DNA of 64,000 bases, from positions 62,001 to 126,000 of the forward strand of contig NOWV01000140.1 of the NCBI GenBank assembly GCA_003344405.1, given 5' to 3'. Of the stretch, positions 54,931-64,000 are shown in pieces. Source of the stretch: Trichoplax sp. H2 (lineage: Eukaryota). Position 1 is the first letter of the stretch. Each line of letters begins with the position of its first letter. The position numbers were made by a program, and so were the translations under genes. Below the pieces are notes generated by a model that saw nothing but the letters and a program-made list of their open reading frames with translations, did not search any database and was not told where the DNA came from.

Positions 54931-56500
54931 AAACTCGTAACGTAAGTAAGGCAGGCATCATATAACCGTTACTACGTACGAGTATATAAAGTTAATCAAC
55001 TTTGGCTGAAATAAGTTAACAGTACCGTCACTATGAATGATTTAGTTTGATAGTTAGTATGTGCAATCTTTGCTTTAATAAGTAATATTTTTAATTAGCG
55101 GTAATTGTGAACTTGTTTTAAATTAGTTTCTCTCAAACTATAATGAAATCTAACATAGTTTACCTAAAAATTGTACAGTAAGTCTATTAAGGCACTAATA
55201 CAGTTTAATAGAGGACTGTAAGACAAAGTAGGCATTTAAATTAGACCCGAAATTTAAAATTTCAATCACACTTTTATTATGTGTACTTCGCAGCATTGAA
55301 CCATTTTATGATCAATTATAAAAGAAAAACAGAAAGTATTACCATGTTTGGAAATTAATTCTAGTATTATGCACAAAAATGCTTCGATTCAACTAAATTT
55401 GTAGGCATTTGCTGCCAGTTGAGCAATGTAATTACAAGAAATTTAGAGATTTGACTATTAATGTCGGCGCAATAAAATAATGATATTCGATAAAATTTTG
55501 TCCACTTTTTATCGTCTGATAGCTTAGGCTACAGGTAGCTACGCTAGATAAAAGGAAAATAAATTACAACATTAACAGTATTTTATGGAAAATAACACAG
55601 ACATTACCGCTTAAAAAATTTTACTCTGAGCCAAACCTTTCCAGTCAGACCATTCCAGCCTTCTGTTCATTTGCAAGGAACTAGCAGTAAATCTATTTAT
55701 CTCATAATGGGTGAATTTATTTTATAGAATTGATAATGTAAATTTGTAATTAAAATCAAATGTAGATGGTAGAAACTTAAACTATTGCAACGATAATCTA
55801 CGGCTTCAAGATTTAGTCTGTAATGACCATAAATGAGATGTAAATGCCGGAAAACTGCAATTCATTGCCTTAATTCCCTGCTGCGAATGATTAAGAGGAT
55901 ATGTAATATCGTTTTCACAGTAATTTTAGTCCACAGAGGAATCCAGTACTATAAAAGCTTTTTATTACAAGGTTCTAAAGAATAGTACAGCAATTAATTA
56001 CTCACAAGAATCTAGTCTAAAGTAATCTGAGCTCAATTAGATATCAAATCTTTTTCCCTCCTTTACGCTCAGATTTGTACACCTTATATACTTTTCTCTG
56101 AATCTATTTAAGGCAGTAACATCGTCTACAATCAGACATGAATCATCACTACATTTTACAGTATTAATCAAACTGCTTACAATATTATTACTTTACCATT
56201 AATGTCCAACACCGTAAGGTATTGGGCATCTTTACAATCTTAGTATTTCAAGTCGTATAACGTCCTGTACCATAATTAGTTAACAGCTATATTAGTGAAT
56301 AACACTTTCTAATATAGTAGTTACCAGTCACCTAAATCTAGCAGCACAAGAATATCTATTTTTAGAAACTTAACTATTCTAAATATAGTACACAACACAA
56401 TCAAATATAGCTATCGCTACAAGCAAATATAGGGTGCATCACTACAGGATATTAGACGCCTCAAGATTTATAGATTAATTGTTATTACTTATAGAATGAT

Positions 56501-58072
56501 TTAATCCTCGACCAAATACACTCTACTTTCAGGCGGAAGATGACTATATTTTAGATTGATAAATTGGACTGTTCCATCAGGATTAAAGCAAACGACCTTC
56601 TTACTGCCACTTTGTGTTTCGATAAGGTTTAATTCAGTTAATCCATCATGTGATTTGCTGTATTCGAAGATGAATTCCGTGATCAAGTTAATGCCAGTTG
56701 TTTTTTTCACTTCCTTCAATTGTTTTGAAAATGATTTCATATCTTCATTGACTTCCTGTATCATAGTAAAAAAATAGAAAGCGATCATTTAGATTATCTC
56801 ATTTATGTTATTTCAGCATGAAACTTCCATAATTGGCTTAGATATTTTTTCATTGCATTGCAATATTCTAGTCAAGTACGAAATTAAAATTTAAATTTAC
56901 ACGAGCTCTTGATTAAACTGATCTAAATATTATTTTTTATGCAATTTATCTATAGATCAATTAAAAGCATTGAGTGTTAGACTCGCGCAAATTATTTCTC
57001 TTCTTCTAACTTACCACAAAAAGCAATTCATATTTGTTGCCCTTTATTTCTTTTAAACCAAGTACACGTTTGTTATCAGATAATAAGACAAGAGCCCAAT
57101 AGGAATTGTCGTATTCTTCAATTTCAAATTTAGCTGTAAATTGAAAGGACAAAATTTCTGCTTAGTATTTATATGAAATATGTGTAACTTCCGTCCCAAT
57201 TTGATTAAAAGTCGAATCTAAAGTACAGTAGAATGATCAATTTCAGATATTTACCAAATTCAGCCTGTCCATCAATGCCATCTAATCCGTCTATCAGATT
57301 AGATTTGTACACAACGAATGGCCCAAGAGTATCCTTTTCACTTTTACTTATTACGTAGCCGCCGATTGATCTCACCAAGAATTTTTTCGGAGTAACACTG
57401 AATCTCTGTACAGCATTGGTATAACCTAAAATTAAAACATTCTTCGTATTAATAACTTATTGCTTTTGAAGTCTACTCTGTTCTCTATTTTTCTTCATCA
57501 TTTGATAATGCTACCAATAAGATTAAAAGTTCTTACTCTTGCGAACGATCTTAAAAAAGAGCCTGGAAAATTCAATTATGTTTGCGACAATTGTAGCAAA
57601 ATAATGATGATAATTCTTCCGTTCTGCGTAGAAAAGAAATGGATACTTTAAGAACGAGTTATACAAAGCTATGGCTAATGAGACAACACAAAATTAAAGG
57701 AAGATCAGTTAAATTTCATGATATAGATTGGGACTCATCTTGATTAAATAAAATTGTACTGCTTCCGCTATTTCTGTTTATCTAGTAATATCGTACAGTT
57801 AAAGCAATCTAAATTTTACTATATTTTTGTAAATATATTAATTTAATTGATTTCTCGTTTAAAACAATTGAAAAGTTTACGCGTATATTGCATATTTAGT
57901 AATTCACTAGAGACATTTAAACACGCAGAAAAAGTATATTTGTCTTCTTCTGTTTTAGACTATCTGAATAGAAGGATAGTTAATTATTATTCAGTCGTAG
58001 GAGTTAGCTTAAAATTATTAATAATACCTGATATATTATGGATTTACCTTGCAGTACTTGTACGTGGCCCAT
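56501..58072 (-). CDS. Family paralog P11: putative IL-1-like beta-trefoil protein, 189 aa
   Basis: Coding exons 58048-58072 (MGHVQVLQG), 57255-57425 (171 bp; YTNAVQRFSVTPKKFLVRSIGGYVISKSEKDTLGPFVVYKSNLIDGLDGIDGQAEF), 57015-57133 (119 bp; AKFEIEEYDNSYWALVLLSDNKRVLGLKEIKGNKYELLFV), 56501-56755 (255 bp; EVNEDMKSFSKQLKEVKKTTGINLITEFIFEYSKSHDGLTELNLIETQSGSKKVVCFNPDGTVQFINLKYSHLPPESRVYLVED*). Confidence 0.85.
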
Positions 58073-61000
58073 GGAGATAGAATAGAGTAGCAGTTTTTTA
58101 ATTTAGTGCAATAGGTTAAATTTGGCAATGATCCAAAAATTTGAAGGATACCTGATGATTAAGATTGGATTGGCTTCTAGGAACACTACAAATGGAGTTG
58201 CAGCCAAATTGAAGAAATGACGATCAGATTGTGCCTTATATATGTTACGGTATATTCAATATACATATTCCAACGACCTTTACATTTAAAGCGGCATTTT
58301 TCTAGTTATCCAAATTTTTGTGAAACAGTTTTATCCTTACCATATTTGGATATCGCTAAGTTGTTCCACCTAAATTCCCAAGGACAAGAGCAGTCTATTT
58401 TAATGGATTGAAACAAAAGACGGATAGAATTGTACTAAGCTGTTAAATTCCATGCATACAGATCTTCTAACGTAAACACTCCGAAAGAAAGCAAAATTAG
58501 GGAGTAACTATAAATTATTATATCTAGAATGGAAATGTGTTCTATACATCGAATAAGATTTATCTATGCGTTAGATGTGCGTATGATTATTAAAATATTA
58601 CAGAGAACAGGCTCTTTAATAGCTTAATTAAAGTTCTTCTGTGGTAAATACTACACAAGAAAGCAGTATCACGATATTACTATAAATTGTTACGTAGATG
58701 ATTGTAAATTTATTCTATATATATTGCATAAGATCTATCTATGCATCCAATGCGCGTATGATAATCATTGTATTACAGATAATAACCTTAATAATTAAAG
58801 GTCTACTTAAGATCTTGCATTCTTTCAGTTCCTGAAGAATGAATTCTATAAAATTTAAAAGGCCCCACATTACGCATTCGATTCGTACTACTTACTAATA
58901 TTTCATTCAATCCAACTTACATTATAGAATTCGAGACTGTTGAGCTAACAGCGGTAAATTTGTGAGTAAACAAGAGGATTTCATTCTAAAACTATCTCAA
59001 TACAACCTTGGAAATCGTTAATTGTTGTCATAGCTTTGGTTTACTAAGCTTTTATTGCCACTGAAACTGTTTGTATATGGAATTAAGCAAAATTAGGAAT
59101 CAGAGAGAAGATTGCTGGTGGATTGTCAGTAACCTAATTGAGCACCTGCAGCTCTATCTATAGTTATTAAAATATAAAATGAAAAATTTTGCAACACTTG
59201 CACTACAATAATAAAATATCCAATAGTAACTACATTAATAAAGTCATTAGATTAATTAAGAGTTAATTGATTTCATAACCTAGAGTCTAATCCTGTTGCC
59301 AAACTTATTACTTTCTTAAGATGGATTTGTTTAAATCTCTATTGATTATAGCTATCAAAATTCCAGCAGCCGCAAAGGGATTACAGCATACACTACATAG
59401 ATATGATCTTAATCTATGATAGTTTAAACACTCTTTAGTGTATAAGTGTTGGCAGTCTTCAAATATTTAGCAATGTTGAATATCTAAAACGGACTGTATA
59501 CGTAAGCAGTTCTCTGTTAATATTTATCAATATCAACTAATGTGCATAAACACTAATACAATGCTAGCGACATTACATGCTATTGGTATATTGAACTGAT
59601 CAGTATGTTTAGTCCTTAATATGGACCCACTGCATTATAATTCTCCCTTAATTATAGCTTGTTTTACAGTTCTCTTCCGCCCTAAAATATCAACGTAGAC
59701 TATTGTACTAATTCTCTTTTATCTTACCGTTGCTTTTGTTATCCGATACCAATATGGACTTGCTCACTTGTCTTGACCGTATCTATCATTCCATTGATCA
59801 AAATAACATTATCCTTTAACAGCCCATATACCGCGATAATTATTTCATATTGCGCAAATTAATAGCTGTATAACACTACTTTTATCTTTCATAGGTGAGT
59901 TTGCATTCAAGTTACTGTATATTCATGGATTCAGGGCTATTCTAGTCAACGTGACTATTCCAACCTTAACTTTAGATTACATCATTTGTAATAAACAATC
60001 TTGTTAACCGCTATTTATACTTCTGGCAGTAGTTTTGTCATTTACTTATTGTGATGCCATCAATTTAATTGTATGCTCTAAATGGCATTGCTTTTAATTG
60101 TCTATTTTACCACAATTAATCAATAGGTTATTATAATACCTTATTCATTATTTTACAGAAAACGCTGATTTACAAGGTCCTAAATCAATTTTATTAATAT
60201 CTAAATTTTTCCATTATAGCCCATGATTGGGTTAATGTTTTACGTCTATAAGGAATGATGAAATAGACGTTACAAAGTCCTACCATGCTATACTATTCAT
60301 TCGAATTCTATTGCTAAACTGATGACAAGGTAGCATTCAAGGTTATAGCTTAGAATTAAGTTATCTACAAAATCTATTTTTAATCAACTGGAAACAGAAT
60401 TTTGGATAATATTGTAAATTATATCTAGTAGTTGATAATTAAAAAGGATAAGACGTATAATAAGCCAGGCGCAAGAAAGGCTTAAACAGCAGTAGTATAA
60501 CAGCAAACAGGCTACCAAGAAATAGAATGTTATAAAGAAATCAAAACGATAATTAGCTGTCTATAACAATCAGAATATCCAGGTTTAGCCTGTCGGTTAG
60601 CAGAAACTCAACAATGAAACGTTATAATAGATAATATATTCCTTCATGCTTTTGGTTCGATTAAATACAGCAAGCTTGTAGGCTAGAAACTTTATCCACT
60701 GGTGAATAATTCAAAGATAATTATTTATCGATGATGATTTTTCACTTTGGCTATCTTTTCTTGAGCCGTAAGTCACATTGATGATATCAGCGTTAACGTT
60801 TTTTCTTCGTGCTTTTTCGTGATATACGCATATAATAAGATTCAGCATGTCAATAATGCATTCGAAAATTCGATTTTGATCATTAGCGCTCTTGTATTAT
60901 AGAGCTAACTTTGATATTATTCAGTTAAATTGTTATTTAAAATGAAGTTAGGTATAAACTATTATAATCTATTCGAGACTAGATGTAGCTATACGTTTTT

Positions 61001-61244
61001 TAATTTTAAAATAAAGGGTAGGTTATTGTATTTCATTAAAAGTAACAATTCAGCTAGAGAACATAATCATTAAACTGGTCGATGATAAATGCTAGAGTTA
61101 ACGTCTAGAAATCATTAGATTTAAGCTGTTTTGCAGCCAACAGGTAGTATCATTGCCCTTTGTGTTTTTATGCTCAGAAAAACTGTTTCGGATATGAGAC
61201 TAATTCAATAAATGAATTAAACCTGGATAGAAAGAATTTGCTAT

Positions 61245-62863
61245 TTAAACTGCAGCTAAATTCAATACGCATTGAGTTGCAATTTGACTAACAACAAAAT
61301 CTGATAAATGAGCAGTTGCGTTCTGATCGAAATATACCGAATTTCGAGATGTATGCTGTGATGTATCGCCAACTGTAGAACCATTCACTAATAAGCAAAC
61401 TTTAGTAAAATCAGAATTCGGGCTTGGCGTATATAGCTGGAATAAGCAAATAATATTCATATTAATTTTTTTAATTTCTTTTTCTAAAGCGTCTTTACTT
61501 AGAAATGGAGGTAATTCCTATAAAGAAGCAAAGACGAAAATTTAGATTTAGTATACCAAGAAAAGAAATTTTATTACATGATTTTATAGTTAATATAGTA
61601 TAGATTTTTTAACAATCGTTATCTCTTATATTGATTAATCAAATTTTGCTAGACCTCTTTCTTTTCTCAATTATGATTTAATATTATGGGCAATTTTAAT
61701 AAGACACACGAACAATAATAGAACAGTATTCGTACATTCTGTCGTTTAACCCAGCCAACCTGTCTTGTAACTTTCAAATAATTATCATTTCTCTACTAAT
61801 GCTAGTTTTTGTACTAATATTTTAGGTATTACCATTCCTGTACTGTCTTAGAGACAAGGCTTTTATCAAGTCGTATAACTTTCTTTAGCCGGTCAGAACT
61901 ACGACTATAACTACTATTGATGATGATAGCTTCTCCTTATACCAAATAGCAATGTTCTTCTAATTTTTGTAGTACTGTTAGTAAAATTACTATTCTGGTT
62001 CTTAATTTAGTTTTATTATACACAAAGCATGCTCATATCTCTCATAAAATTAATAATTTTTTATTTAATATGGCTATCGCCACATTGAAGATTCCTTATT
62101 AAAAATAAATGTATCGCCATAGAATTGAACGTCGGTTTTATTTTTACGATCAGTAAGGTATTATTTTTAACACAAATAGTAGAAAATAATTTAAAAATAT
62201 ATTATGTTAAAAAACATTATCAGAACTTACTGTAAAGATAATATTAAAATCATCTTTTCCTTTACGCTCAAGGCCAAAGACTGCTCTTCGATCAGATCCC
62301 AAAGTAATATAGCTATAAGTATTATCTATGTCCCAAACCTGGTAACGAGCTGATGATTGGAATTTGTAAAGTAAATAATCCTTTCAATATTAAGATTTTG
62401 AATTTGCATTCATACAGTGTATGATTTCCATCTAGATATAACGCCTGTAATTACCGTATCTCTATCTGTTTTACTATATCGCCTTTAGATCACCATAAAC
62501 TGAAAGTGAAGATTTAAGAGATTTGATTATTCTATCAACAGTTCTTACTTTCCGCTAAATTTTGATCCACTTCATCGAAGGATTTGGTATAAATCGCACT
62601 ATAAATAATGTACCCATGATCAACGTGAGTATTGCTAGTGCAAGCTATAAATTGACCGGAATTTTCTAATGCGATTCCTTCATATTTAGGAGTCCCTAGA
62701 ATAATTCACATGGTAGAAGCAAAACATATGATATCCACGTTAATAAAGTTTGATTATGACAATGGAGCAGTTATTAATGGCTATAGCAAAATAAAAATTA
62801 AATTATACGTTGATTAGGTACAGCAGCCGCTTCGCCTTTGGCTGAATGCCAAATTGAAAACAT
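61245..62863 (-). CDS. Family paralog P12: divergent putative IL-1-like beta-trefoil protein, ~197 aa
   Basis: Exons 62809-62863 (MFSIWHSAKGEAAAVPNQ, tentative, weak GTATAA donor), 62549-62695 (147 bp; TPKYEGIALENSGQFIACTSNTHVDHGYIIYSAIYTKSFDEVDQNLAE), 62231-62349 (119 bp; RYQVWDIDNTYSYITLGSDRRAVFGLERKGKDDFNIIFT), 61245-61517 (273 bp; ELPPFLSKDALEKEIKKINMNIICLFQLY...SVYFDQNATAHLSDFVVSQIATQCVLNLAAV*). Same 1/1/0 phases as the other paralogs. Confidence 0.8.
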
Positions 62864-64000
62864 TTAAATATAGCTGTTCATTAAATACCCTTTAAGCTGG
62901 TTATTATATGCAAGTATTTAAAGTAGCCTCGCTACTATATAACTCTTAAAATCATAGATATAGAATGCGATGCTGTCTATCTCTATAATTAAAAGTACTG
63001 TACTTCGATCAAGATATTAGCGTGGAGTGAGAATGCTAATTTGTGCTAGACTGAATCCTACAAGCACATAGTCTAGTGCTTATGTAATACATGATTATTA
63101 ATCAAAGATATCGCGACAAAGCCTTTTGATAAAATTAATATTACTGCAGTTTAGGCTACAAAGCACTTTTTACAAGTATGTTGTTGCTACTGAAAGAAGC
63201 TATAAATTTTTTCTAGTCTAATTTGACTTGATAAAATGATTCTTAATCTGCTATAATTCGATTTTATACTGTTCTAGTATGGTAGTATTTCGTTGATATT
63301 ATAAGACATTTTAATATTATGGCAATTTACAAGCATTAATGAATCTAGTGGTAGGCCATAAGTTATTAGTAGATTTCTCGATCTTACTAATTTCAACTTC
63401 TATCAAACAGCATTTGATAGAGTGAGCAAGCACGGCAATATTCGGTCAATTTAGTGTAGATAAATACAGTCTATTGATGGCTTATCACTCTATCATGATT
63501 CATCATATACGAAACTGTTATGATGGCATTTCAACGACAACTAAAAGAATGGTGGCCCAAAGATTATTCATTTGTAGACTAACCCTTGATATCTTCACAA
63601 CTACATCCAATAAGATACTGCTTGGTTGAACGAAAAAGTTATATCCCGATATATGTGCGCACACCAATAGACAAAATAAGATTCTTGATAGCTTTATAAC
63701 AACATGCGTTCTACAAAATAAGCCTATTATAGCACTTTAGCTACCAACAGGATCAATATTGACTGTATTTTTACCATTTTTAATTTGAAGTATGTTAGAG
63801 ACAGCGACCGGACTTTTTGTGTTATAGACTATTATCAATATTATTGTATTTTATTAATATTCAGTCGCTTAGCGGTAGTGTACGGTTAAATTAGACAGAT
63901 GATAGCAGTGTTCTATTGGGCAACTACAAGATTTATTAGCTAAACGTAAAGAAAATGGTCGTTATGTTAAAATTTGATATAACTGAGGATAAAAGTGTAC

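Noticed and set aside
631-58411. Plus-strand ORFs in the track (e.g. 631-837, 6827-7039, 18009-18233, 29175-29378, 35749-35937, 44873-45136, 56556-56777)
   Set aside because: All are under 100 aa and are mostly antisense shadows of the minus-strand exons. No coherent plus-strand gene model or recognisable domain was found.
144-62863. Assigning a gene symbol (IL1B/IL36/FGF) to the paralogs
   Set aside because: Similarity is limited to exon architecture and scattered motifs. The vertebrate IL-1 signature and the FGF core motifs (104-bp middle exon, Y-L-x-M-x-x-x-G, E-C-x-F-x-E) are not properly matched, so orthology cannot be claimed without a structure/HMM search.
1-64000. ATTTA AU-rich elements and NF-kB-like sites as cytokine-type regulatory signals
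   Set aside because: ATTTA is expected frequently at this AT content, and no convincing, positionally conserved GGGRNNYYCC site was seen.

Overview
AT-rich eukaryotic (animal-like) genomic DNA, roughly 30% GC by eye, with short GT-AG introns and one 20-N assembly gap. The composition and compact introns would fit an early-branching animal such as a placozoan, but that is only a guess. The ORF track shows only fragments because the genes are spliced. Manual splicing of the minus strand shows that the whole window is a head-to-tail tandem array of one gene family with about 12 copies. Eight copies look intact (P1, P3, P4, P7, P8, P10, P11, P12). One (P9) has a nonsense codon that may be bypassed by splicing. 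Two are clear pseudogenes (P2, P5) and one is a decayed relic (P6). Each intact copy has a tiny first coding exon, a phase 1-1 exon of 138-171 bp, a phase 1-0 exon of 119-137 bp and a last exon of 252-294 bp, giving a 181-197 aa protein with no signal peptide. Exon sizes, intron phases and motifs (L-[KT]-A-Y, Y/L-L-L-C-L, W-L-F-Y-R...S-T) parallel the beta-trefoil-coding exons of vertebrate interleukin-1 family genes. The best hypothesis is therefore an expanded, fast-evolving cluster of leaderless IL-1-like beta-trefoil cytokines in an invertebrate; this is an inference that needs a structure/HMM search. Intergenic DNA holds a ~890 bp palindromic foldback element, dispersed repeats, satellite-like arrays and flanks conserved between paralogs.
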